Positions 56,923 through 64,000 of a stretch of DNA of 64,000 bases are shown in pieces. The DNA is taken from NCBI GenBank assembly GCA_041690355.1, contig JAWLHK010000003.1, positions 109,428-173,427 of the forward strand. Direction: 5' to 3'. Origin of the DNA: a bacterium. GTDB taxonomy: Bacteria > J088 > JAWLBW01. The notes below the pieces were generated by a model, which was not told where the DNA came from, searched no databases, and saw nothing but the letters and a program-made list of their open reading frames with translations. Position 1 is the stretch's first letter. The number at the start of each line of letters is the position of its first letter. Position numbers and translations under genes: made by a program.

Positions 56923-57828
56923 ATGCGCTATCTCATCACAGGGGCGACGGGGTTCATCGGGAAACGGCTGCTCGGCATGCTGCGGGAGCGCGGCGACGAA
57001 ATCTACGTCCTCTCCCGCAATCCGGTGCGCGCCGGGGCCCTGCCGGGGGTGCGCGAGGCCTTCGGCTGGCCCGACCACGAGACCCCCTTCCCTGTCGCCG
57101 CGCTGCATGGGGTCGACGCGGTCATCAATCTCGCCGGCGAGCCGGTCATCGGCCGGTTTACCGAGGGGCACAAGAAGAAGGTGCTCGAGAGCCGCGTGTT
57201 CGGCACGCGGGCGCTGGTCGAGGCGATGGCGCACGTCGATCCGCGGCCGCGCGTCCTCGTGTCCAGTTCCGCCGTCGGGTACTACGGCGACCGGGGTGAC
57301 GAAACCTTGACCGAAGCGTCACCCTCGGGCCAGGGATTTCTCGCCGAGGTCTGTCGCCGCTGGGAAGACGAGGCGCGTAAGGCAGAGCCTCTCGGGGTGC
57401 GCACTGCCGTCATCCGGACGGGCATCGTGCTCGGCCGCGGCGGCGGGATGCTGAAGCAGATTCTCCCGCCGTTCCGTCTCGGGCTCGGCGGGCCGTTGGG
57501 CAACGGGCAGTTCTGGATGCCCTGGATTCACATCGATGACCTCTGCCGTCTCTACCTGCACGCGGCCACCGAGGGGCTGGCGCCGGCCTACAACGGTTCG
57601 GCGCCGCATCCGGTCACGAACCTGGTCTTCACGAAGGTGCTCGGCCACGTCGTGCGGCGCCCGACCCTGTTCCGCGTCCCCCGTCTCGCCATGCGCGCCG
57701 CCCTCGGCGAAGGTGCGGTCGATGCCGCGCTGCAGAGCGCGAAGGCCCTCCCGAACGCGGCAGAACGGGAGGGATTCCGCTTTCTCTACCCGCACCTCGA
57801 AGCGGCGTTACAGGCCGAAGCCCGTTAA
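56923..57828 (+). CDS. TIGR01777-type NAD-dependent epimerase-family protein (YfcH-like, DUF1731 C-terminus)
   Basis: 'MRYLITGATGFIGKRL' Rossmann start (ATG 56917 also possible). 'SSSAVGYYGD' and C-terminal 'RVPRLAMRAALGEGA'. Confidence 0.8.
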   Translation: MRYLITGATGFIGKRLLGMLRERGDEIYVLSRNPVRAGALPGVREAFGWPDHETPFPVAALHGVDAVINLAGEPVIGRFTEGHKKKVLESRVFGTRALVEAMAHVDPRPRVLVSSSAVGYYGDRGDETLTEASPSGQGFLAEVCRRWEDEARKAEPLGVRTAVIRTGIVLGRGGGMLKQILPPFRLGLGGPLGNGQFWMPWIHIDDLCRLYLHAATEGLAPAYNGSAPHPVTNLVFTKVLGHVVRRPTLFRVPRLAMRAALGEGAVDAALQSAKALPNAAEREGFRFLYPHLEAALQAEAR

Positions 57829-57905
57829 GAGTGACGAGTTACGAGTTACGAGTGACGAATCCGGGCAATTGACAATCTACGATTGACGATTGACGATTTG
57901 TCGGA
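57829..57905 (-). repeat. Composite heptamer-periodic element, copy B (inverted relative to copy A)
   Basis: 11 units: GAGTGAC GAGTTAC GAGTTAC GAGTGAC GAATCCG GGCAATT GACAATC TACGATT GACGATT GACGATT TGTCGGA. The reverse complement aligns with 34594-34670. Confidence 0.9.
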
Positions 57906-57935
57906 AAGGACCCGGACAACCCGTAGCGAACACTT

Positions 57936-57960
57936 CCCCTCTCCTTACGAAGGAGAGGGG
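57936..57960. terminator. Perfect 11-bp-stem hairpin between convergent genes
   Basis: CCCCTCTCCTT-ACG-AAGGAGAGGGG, 38 nt downstream of the minus-strand hydrolase stop. No U-tract. Confidence 0.4.
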
Positions 57961-57997
57961 CCGACGGCGCCAGCGCGCCGACGGGGGTGAGGTGCCC

Positions 57998-60007
57998 TTA
58001 CGGGCATGCCGTCGCCGCCGGATCCGGTACGGTGGGCATCCCGGTCTTCGCAAAGGTCTCGAGGAAGCAACTGTATTGGCGCTTGGGACCCTCGAGCTGG
58101 AACATGACTTCGTGCCCATCCTCCACCCCGTCTTCCCGGTGCTGCACGACGACGACTGTTGCGCCGTCCCGGTTCCCCTTGACCGGATAGGCCGCCTCGC
58201 CCGCGCCCACGAGCGGCAGCAGCGGCGCCAGCGGGCGGAACTCCGCCAGCTCCGCCGTCGCCGCATCGACGGATCCGCCCGCCAGATCGAGGCCGAGCGA
58301 GAGGCTCCCCGCGTTCGCGATGGGCGGGAGAATGTAGTGGTCGACGATCCCCTGAAGCATGAGCACGTGAATGCCGTTGATCTGCCGGTTGTAGGCCGGC
58401 GCGTCCGAAGGATCACCGGCCCACTGTACGAGGCTCACCGCCGGGTCGTGCCGGTGCAGCGTGCGCTGATAGCTCGGGTACTTGAGCATCAGGTCGGCGA
58501 AGGCGCGCACGTCGAGCGGCTTCTTCTTGTAGATGATGTTCTCGAGCCAGCTTGCCCCCGAACCGCTGAGGATAGCCGCGCCGTACGCCGGCTCCATCGC
58601 GAGCACGGGCTGCGCTATCGTGGCCCCCATCGAGTGCCCCATGAGCGCCAGCCGGTCGGCATCGAAGCGGATCTCCCCGGCGGGCGCATCCGGACAATCG
58701 GAGGTATCGATGCGCAGGGCCGGCAGGATGTGGGCCAGCAGCCCGATTTCCAGCGCCGACTGGCGCACGTTGTCGCGCATCGCCCGCGGGTTGAGAAAGT
58801 TGAACATGAGCACCTGCTCGTCGCCGCCGGTCACGTTGCGCCGCCCGCCGTGGGGACCATCGACGCTCACGCCCGCGAAGCCGGCCCGGGCCAGTTCCTG
58901 CGCCGGCCCGGTTCCCGGAACGAGCACGTTACCCTCGGCGTCGCGTACGCCGCGGTCGACCAGGGGACGCTCGCCGCCGCCCCCCGTGCGGATGAAGACC
59001 GCCGTGGGATACCCCTCGGCCGGCATGGCGGCGCGGGGAACCGTGACGACGAGGTTCGCCTCTTCGTATCCCTGAAGAACCGGCTTCCCGCTGGAATCGG
59101 TCTGCCAGTCGCCGCCGCTGTCGGTAAACGGCGGGATACCGGCCTGGTACACCGGCATCTGGATGGTCGTGTCGTAGACGCAGAATTCCGCAAAGGTCTC
59201 CCGCTTCGTGAACGCCTGCTCGGGCGCGGGGCGCGGCAGCGCCAGCGCGGCGTCGCGGAATGTGGCCAGCTGCGCCGTCGGGTCGTCGGTGGTGAACACC
59301 GCGAGCCCCGCGATGGAGTCCGCCGGAACTCCCGCTTCGGCAAGGGCGCGCAGGGCATCCCGGTATTCCGCCGCCGTTTCGGGAGCGAGACCGCCGGGCG
59401 TCCGGCCGCGTGCCAGATCGCGCATCGAGCGCGAGACGCCGAGCGGGTTCCCCCTGGCGTCACCGAGCGCGCGCAGCACCACGGTGGCGTAGCGCACGGC
59501 CGGCCGCAGCGGAACCCCCTGCAGCGGGAGCACGGAAAGAAGATTTTCGGCGCCGAACGGTCCCCCATCGGCCGTGAAGCTGACGTCGACCGGATACCGC
59601 TGCAGGTAATCGGGGGAATCCTCGGAGATGCCGATGAGGAACACCGGCATATCGGCATCCGTACTCGTGAAGACGTCCGGGAGTTGCTTCAGGTCCGGCG
59701 TCCCCGTGAGCGAAAAGAAGACGGCCGAGGCGACGCCGAATCCGCGCGCGTCCTTGCGAATGACGTCGAGGGTCGTCTCGAGAAAGGCTACCTTGTCGGG
59801 GTTGGGGAATCCGCTCAGGTCGACGCCGCCGCTTTCCGTTCGCAGGTCGTCGCTGGGGAACGGCGCAGCGTAGAAACTGCTGCTGCGCGTGAAGTCCATG
59901 CGCACCTGTACGCCGGGCACTTCACGTGGCTCGGGGTCTTCGGTGCAGGCGGCGACAAAGAACAGGAGGGCAGCGAGCGGCGTGGCGCTGAATCGTCGGG
60001 AAAGCAT
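57998..60007 (-). CDS. Hypothetical lipoprotein, alpha/beta-hydrolase-like
   Basis: ATG 60007 with AAGGAA upstream (MLSRRFSATPLAALLFFVAAC). 'LALMGHSMGATIA' nucleophile elbow. The N-terminal half resembles the 42133 ORF. Confidence 0.6.
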   Translation of the reverse strand: MLSRRFSATPLAALLFFVAACTEDPEPREVPGVQVRMDFTRSSSFYAAPFPSDDLRTESGGVDLSGFPNPDKVAFLETTLDVIRKDARGFGVASAVFFSLTGTPDLKQLPDVFTSTDADMPVFLIGISEDSPDYLQRYPVDVSFTADGGPFGAENLLSVLPLQGVPLRPAVRYATVVLRALGDARGNPLGVSRSMRDLARGRTPGGLAPETAAEYRDALRALAEAGVPADSIAGLAVFTTDDPTAQLATFRDAALALPRPAPEQAFTKRETFAEFCVYDTTIQMPVYQAGIPPFTDSGGDWQTDSSGKPVLQGYEEANLVVTVPRAAMPAEGYPTAVFIRTGGGGERPLVDRGVRDAEGNVLVPGTGPAQELARAGFAGVSVDGPHGGRRNVTGGDEQVLMFNFLNPRAMRDNVRQSALEIGLLAHILPALRIDTSDCPDAPAGEIRFDADRLALMGHSMGATIAQPVLAMEPAYGAAILSGSGASWLENIIYKKKPLDVRAFADLMLKYPSYQRTLHRHDPAVSLVQWAGDPSDAPAYNRQINGIHVLMLQGIVDHYILPPIANAGSLSLGLDLAGGSVDAATAELAEFRPLAPLLPLVGAGEAAYPVKGNRDGATVVVVQHREDGVEDGHEVMFQLEGPKRQYSCFLETFAKTGMPTVPDPAATACP

Positions 60008-60120
60008 GCGGTTTTCCTTTTCAGCGGTCATCATACCAGTTTGCCCCGGGAATCCCGTACCATCGCTCTCCCCCGATACCGGTTCTGCTTCCGCTTCGGG
60101 CTATCGATGATCACCCGGGT

Positions 60121-60307
60121 CCGTTCGCGCTGAGCTCGTCGAAGCGCCAGCAGATCCGTCAGCACATACTCGAGAGCCTGTTTCCCTTGCGGCAGTGCCC
60201 CAGCACATCCGTCAGCACGTGCTCGAGAGCCGGGACACCGTTCGCGCTGAGCTCGTCGAAGCGCCAGCAGATCAGTCAGCACGTACTCGAGAGCCTGTTT
60301 GCCCTGG
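60121..60307 (+). repeat. 69-nt imperfect direct repeat, two full copies plus an internal half copy
   Basis: 60121-60189 and 60238-60307 differ at ~4 positions (CCGTTCGCGCTGAGCTCGTCGAAGCGCCAGCAGATC[C/A]GTCAGCAC[A/G]TACTCGAGAGCCTGTTT..). 60201-60234 repeats the 3' half. Confidence 0.9.
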
Positions 60308-60374
60308 GGCTCTGAGCACCGGGTGCACCCGCACCCCCCTTGTCCGCCTGCGGAAAGCGTGCTATCCGAATCGG

Positions 60375-60674
60375 ATGTCCTATCTCTACATCCTCCTCTG
60401 TGGCGACGGCTCGCTGTATACGGGACAGACCGATGCGCTGACCATTCGTAAAGCACAGCACAAGCTTTTCCACGGCTGCGAGTACACACGGCGGCGCCAA
60501 CCCGTGAGACTCGTCTATCAGCAAGCGTTCCCCACCCGAGAGAAGGCGCTGGTCATGGAGCGCAGAGTGAAGAAGTGGACCCGAGCAAAAAAAGAAGCAC
60601 TCATCCGGGGCGATTGGGACGCGCTCCGAGCGGCGGCCAGACGCGGTGCCCGGCAAGGGCCCGCAGGTTCGTGA
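60375..60674 (+). CDS. GIY-YIG nuclease-family protein (UPF0213-like, ~99 aa)
   Basis: ATG 60375. 'MSYLYILLCGDGSLYTGQTDAL..R..QH' GIY-YIG core and 'ERRVKKWTRAKKEALI'. The same frame is open back to 60111 (GTG 60195), but that start is atypical. Confidence 0.8.
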   Translation: MSYLYILLCGDGSLYTGQTDALTIRKAQHKLFHGCEYTRRRQPVRLVYQQAFPTREKALVMERRVKKWTRAKKEALIRGDWDALRAAARRGARQGPAGS

Positions 60675-60918
60675 ACCGATGTGCACCCGGCCTTTGAACC
60701 CGGTACCCACGCGGTGCTGGCCCTTCGAGACGCCGGCATGATACTCCCACTTGCCTGGGGCGCCGATGGCAATCCGAATTGGCGGAAGTCCGGCTCCTCA
60801 GGGCGTACGGTCGCCAGCAGATCCGTTTCCAGAATTAATGCCCATTGGACATCGGGCATTCCCGCCGATATGATCCCGGAGCGCCCTCGGTTGCCGGGCG
60901 TGAAGCGAAGGAGAGGAG

Positions 60919-62241
60919 ATGAAGCGCGTGGCCCTCGGATTTCTCGTGCTCGCCGTATCGGCGGCAATCCTGGCGTTCGCCTTGCGCCCCGCCGACAAGG
61001 CGCTGGCGCCGAAGGCAGACCAGGACGCCTGGTTTGCCGCGGTCAATGCGGAACTGAAGAGCCGAGACGTCGGCGGACCGGTCATCCTCATCGATCTCGA
61101 TCGTGTCGACCGCAATCTGGAGGCCATCCGCGCGCACATCGCGCCGCCGCGCCACTACCGCATCGTCGACAAGTCGCTTCCTTCCCTTCCCCTGATCCGC
61201 TACGTCATGGAGAAGACGGGCACGCGGCGCATCATGAGCTTTCACGAGCCGCACCTCTCCCTGCTCTTCCGCGAACTCCCGCCGGACACCGATTTCCTCC
61301 TGGGCAAGCCGATGCCGGTCGCGGCCGCCCGCGCCTTCTACGCGAATCTGGCCACCGCGGCCCGCAGCGACGCCTCGGCGCGCGTGCAGTGGCTCATCGA
61401 TACGCCGCAGCGGATGGCGGAATACCGCGCGCTTGCCGAAGAACTCGGCCAGCAGTTCCGCGTGAACCTCGAGATCGACGTCGGCCTCCATCGTGGCGGC
61501 GCCCGGAACGTCGAGGAGCTCGAGGCCCTTCTCGCGGGAATCGCGAAGTCGCCCGAGCGCCTGCGCTTCAGCGGAACCATGGGCTACGACGGCCACCTCA
61601 CGCACGTCCCCGTTCTCGTCGGCGCGAAGGAAGAGGCCGTGCAGAAGGCGTTCGAAGATCTCGTATCCGCCTACCGGCAGTTCGTGGAATACGGCACGGA
61701 ACGGTATCCCGACTGGTTCACCGGCGCCGTCACCCTGAACGGCGCGGGGAGCCGCACCTATCGTCTCTATACCGCGGCGCATCCGCTCAACGACCTGGCC
61801 ATGGGGTCCTGCGTGGTCAAGCCGGCCGCCTTCGACGATTACACGCTCGCAAAGCATGTGCCGGCCATGTTCATCGCCGCGCCGGTGCTCAAGGAGATCC
61901 CCGGCTTCGGTGTTCCCTTTCTCGAGCCGGTGGCCGGGCTGGCCGCGTGGTGGAACCCGAACTGGCGGCGCACCTTCTATGTCTACGGCGGCGCGTGGAG
62001 CGAATCGGTCGTCTGGCCCGCGGGCGCGCAACCGAATTCCCTCACGACGAGCGCCCCGAACGAGAATCTCTTCCCCAACCAGAACATGCTGAACGGCTCC
62101 AACGCGCTGCCGCTCACGGTGGGAGACTTCGTCTTCTACCATCCGAAGCAGGGGGATGCGATGCTGCAGTTCGCCAGCATCCTCGTCCTGCGCGGCGGGA
62201 AGATCGTCGACCGGTGGGAACCGTTCCCGCGCGGGCTGTAG
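60919..62241 (+). CDS. Fold-type III PLP enzyme (alanine racemase N-domain, DSD1/D-threonine-aldolase-like) with N-terminal signal/anchor
   Basis: 440 aa. Hydrophobic N-terminus 'VALGFLVLAVSAAILAFAL'. 'VILIDLDRVDRNL', 'VDKSLPS' (candidate PLP Lys), 'LEIDVGLHRGG'. Confidence 0.65.
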   Translation: MKRVALGFLVLAVSAAILAFALRPADKALAPKADQDAWFAAVNAELKSRDVGGPVILIDLDRVDRNLEAIRAHIAPPRHYRIVDKSLPSLPLIRYVMEKTGTRRIMSFHEPHLSLLFRELPPDTDFLLGKPMPVAAARAFYANLATAARSDASARVQWLIDTPQRMAEYRALAEELGQQFRVNLEIDVGLHRGGARNVEELEALLAGIAKSPERLRFSGTMGYDGHLTHVPVLVGAKEEAVQKAFEDLVSAYRQFVEYGTERYPDWFTGAVTLNGAGSRTYRLYTAAHPLNDLAMGSCVVKPAAFDDYTLAKHVPAMFIAAPVLKEIPGFGVPFLEPVAGLAAWWNPNWRRTFYVYGGAWSESVVWPAGAQPNSLTTSAPNENLFPNQNMLNGSNALPLTVGDFVFYHPKQGDAMLQFASILVLRGGKIVDRWEPFPRGL

Positions 62242-62315
62242 GCTTCGCTGCGCCCGCCGCGCTGCCCGGCCCCCGCCCCATTGACGGCGCCCCGCCGACG
62301 CCTTAGCATTGGGGG

Positions 62316-63794
62316 ATGCCGGTCAACGCACGCCTTCTGTTTGCCGCCTTTCTGCTCCTCGGCGTCCTTTGGCCGGGCGGATGCTACCGGATCGCCCCGA
62401 GCCGCGGCGGCGGGCAGACCGACGCGCCGCCTGAACGGGCCCCGGACGCCGCCGCCATCGTGGTTCCCGAAGGGCTGCGCGTTCGCGTGGGTGCGACAGG
62501 GCTCACCTTTCCGACCGCCGTGGTGACCGACGAGCAGGATCGCGTCTATATAGTCGAGGCGGGTTATTCCTACGGCGAGACGTGGACCACCCCCCGCGTT
62601 CTGCGCGTCGAGGGCGACGGACGCCTCACGCCTGTCGCCGCCGGAAGTCCGGATAACGCACCATGGACCGGCGCCAGCGTTCATGATGGCGGCCTGCTCG
62701 TCTCTGCCGGAGGCAACCCGGGTAAGATTCTGCACGTGGGCTTCGACCGGCGCATCCGCATTCTTGTCGACGGCCTGCCCAGTCTCGGCGATCATTTCAC
62801 GGCCCGCCCGATTCCCGCCGCAGACGGCTACATTTACTTCGGGCAGGGGACGATTACGAATTCCGGCGTCGTCGGGTTGGATAATTATGATTACGGCTGG
62901 CTGAAACGCCATCCCAAACTACATGACATCGCCTGCCGCGACATCCCGCTTCGCGACGTGAACTACCGGACGCCGAATCCCCTCAGCGAAGATCCCGACG
63001 ACGAAGCTGTCACGGGACCCTTTCTTCCTTTCGGCCAGGCCGCCGTGACCGGGCAGACTGCCGCCGGCCGGCTGCCATGCAGCGGCAGCGTCATGCGCTT
63101 TCGCTACCCCGACGGCCCCCTGGAGCTCGTGGCCTGGGGCTTTCGCAACCCCTTCGGGCTCGCCTTCGCCGCCGACGGCACGCTCTTCATCACCGACAAC
63201 GGCTACGATGTGCGGGGCAGCCGGCCGATCTGGGGAGCCGGAGACTATCTCTGGGCTGTGGACGTGCGCCGCGCTCCTGTCTGGTTCGGGTGGCCCGATT
63301 TCGCCGGGGGCGTGGCGGTAAACTCCTCCGCCTACTCCGCGCCGGATCATCCGCCGCCAAAGTTGCTGCTCGCTGCCCCCCCGGCGGCGCCGCCGAAGCC
63401 GGTCGTCACTTTCGCCGTCCACTCGTCGAGCAACGGGCTCGACGTCTCACCCGGCGGTCCATTCGGAGATCCGGGGGCCGTCTTCGTCGCCCAGTTCGGC
63501 GACCTGGCCCCCGCGGTCGGCAAGGTGCTTTCGCCGGTCGGATTCAAGGTCGTGCGCGTCACCCCCGCCGACGGCACCATCGTCGACTTCATGCTGAACA
63601 AGGGTAAACAGCCCGCACCCGCCTCGTGGCTCGAGACCGACGGGCTCGAGCGTCCGGTCGACGTCAGGTTCAGCCGCGATGGGCGGCGGCTCTACGTCGT
63701 CGACTTCGGCATCGTGCAGGTTGAGGGAAAGACGCCGATCCCGCACCCGGGTAGCGGCGTACTCTGGATCGTCGAGGCGGCGGAGGACCCATGA
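62316..63794 (+). CDS. Glucose/sorbosone dehydrogenase-like beta-propeller lipoprotein
   Basis: 492 aa. 'FLLLGVLWPGGC' lipobox and 'WGFRNPFGLAFAADGTLFITDNGYD'. Confidence 0.75.
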   Translation: MPVNARLLFAAFLLLGVLWPGGCYRIAPSRGGGQTDAPPERAPDAAAIVVPEGLRVRVGATGLTFPTAVVTDEQDRVYIVEAGYSYGETWTTPRVLRVEGDGRLTPVAAGSPDNAPWTGASVHDGGLLVSAGGNPGKILHVGFDRRIRILVDGLPSLGDHFTARPIPAADGYIYFGQGTITNSGVVGLDNYDYGWLKRHPKLHDIACRDIPLRDVNYRTPNPLSEDPDDEAVTGPFLPFGQAAVTGQTAAGRLPCSGSVMRFRYPDGPLELVAWGFRNPFGLAFAADGTLFITDNGYDVRGSRPIWGAGDYLWAVDVRRAPVWFGWPDFAGGVAVNSSAYSAPDHPPPKLLLAAPPAAPPKPVVTFAVHSSSNGLDVSPGGPFGDPGAVFVAQFGDLAPAVGKVLSPVGFKVVRVTPADGTIVDFMLNKGKQPAPASWLETDGLERPVDVRFSRDGRRLYVVDFGIVQVEGKTPIPHPGSGVLWIVEAAEDP

Positions 63795-64000
63795 AGAAGA
63801 CCGGCGTGCTTGCGTCTTTGATGCTTATCGTCGCGCTTACGGCCTGCCCCTCGCGAACGAACACAGAGCTCGTTCGCGAAATTCCCCCCATGCAGACCGA
63901 ACAGCTTGAGCTTGGGCGCACCGTCTTCATGGAGAACTGCCACCGCTGCCACCCCTGGGGCGGGAGCGGGGTCGGCTTCTCGCTGCTGCGCCCGCTCCCC
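63791..64000 (+). CDS. c-type cytochrome lipoprotein (5' partial, runs off the window)
   Basis: Not in the ORF track. ATG 63791 overlaps the upstream TGA (ATGA). Encodes MKKTGVLASLMLIVALTAC... and 'CHRCH' (CxxCH). Open to position 64000. Confidence 0.7.
   Translation, partial: MKKTGVLASLMLIVALTACPSRTNTELVREIPPMQTEQLELGRTVFMENCHRCHPWGGSGVGFSLLRPLP

Noticed and set aside
60031-60489. A minus-strand 152-aa ORF containing a duplicated peptide (..PQGKQALEYVLTDLLALRRAQRER.. twice), as a possible real gene.
   Set aside because: It overlaps the GIY-YIG gene start on the other strand. The duplication simply mirrors the DNA direct repeat, and no family motif is recognisable. It is kept only as part of the repeat finding.

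Overview
High-GC chromosomal segment (by eye about two-thirds G+C, strong GC3 bias) from a diderm bacterium. It encodes many lipobox or signal-peptide proteins, an OM-barrel-like ORF, and lon-hup-tRNA-Val-tRNA-Asp synteny. The phylum cannot be assigned by eye; Myxococcota or deltaproteobacteria-like is only a guess. I support about 55 protein genes and 2 tRNAs. I saw no rRNA, CRISPR, transposase, integrase or phage genes. Most content is housekeeping or metabolic: YihY, DUF1499 pair, B12-radical SAM, PlsC-like acyltransferase, truncated globin, GDPD, CobB, crotonase, YraN, ApaH, two ACADs, HU, Lon, Grx, citrate synthase, ComEC, several alpha/beta hydrolases, cytochromes c. Four things stand out. 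(1) A 14.5-kb gene encodes a 4,839-aa lipoprotein with 43 tandem IPT/TIG-like Ig units plus a ~1,250-aa non-repeat head, tightly flanked by two small lipoprotein genes. (2) A nine-gene sulfur operon combines a cysteine-free Rrf2 regulator, CysK, a ThrC paralogue and a CysO/CysM/JAMM protein-thiocarboxylate module. Its accessories are unusual: CysO ending GG-Arg, a JAMM-NIL fusion, a TusA-like::ABC-ATPase fusion with no permease, and CysC plus a stand-alone ATP-sulfurylase PUA-like domain. No E1 activator and no sulfurylase catalytic domain are present in the window. (3) A family of AT-richer heptanucleotide tandem arrays (ATTCCTG, CTAAGCG, CACTCGT/CGTAACT, CAATCGT, CGTTTTT) is confined to intergenic regions at five loci, including a ~77-nt composite element present twice in inverted orientation. 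(4) A 69-nt direct repeat (2.5 copies) lies upstream of a small GIY-YIG gene. Many long ORFs in the six-frame track are GC-driven shadow frames and were rejected. The track translates GTG/TTG starts as M, so several starts were refined by reading the DNA. All family calls rest on motif recognition by eye, not on searches.
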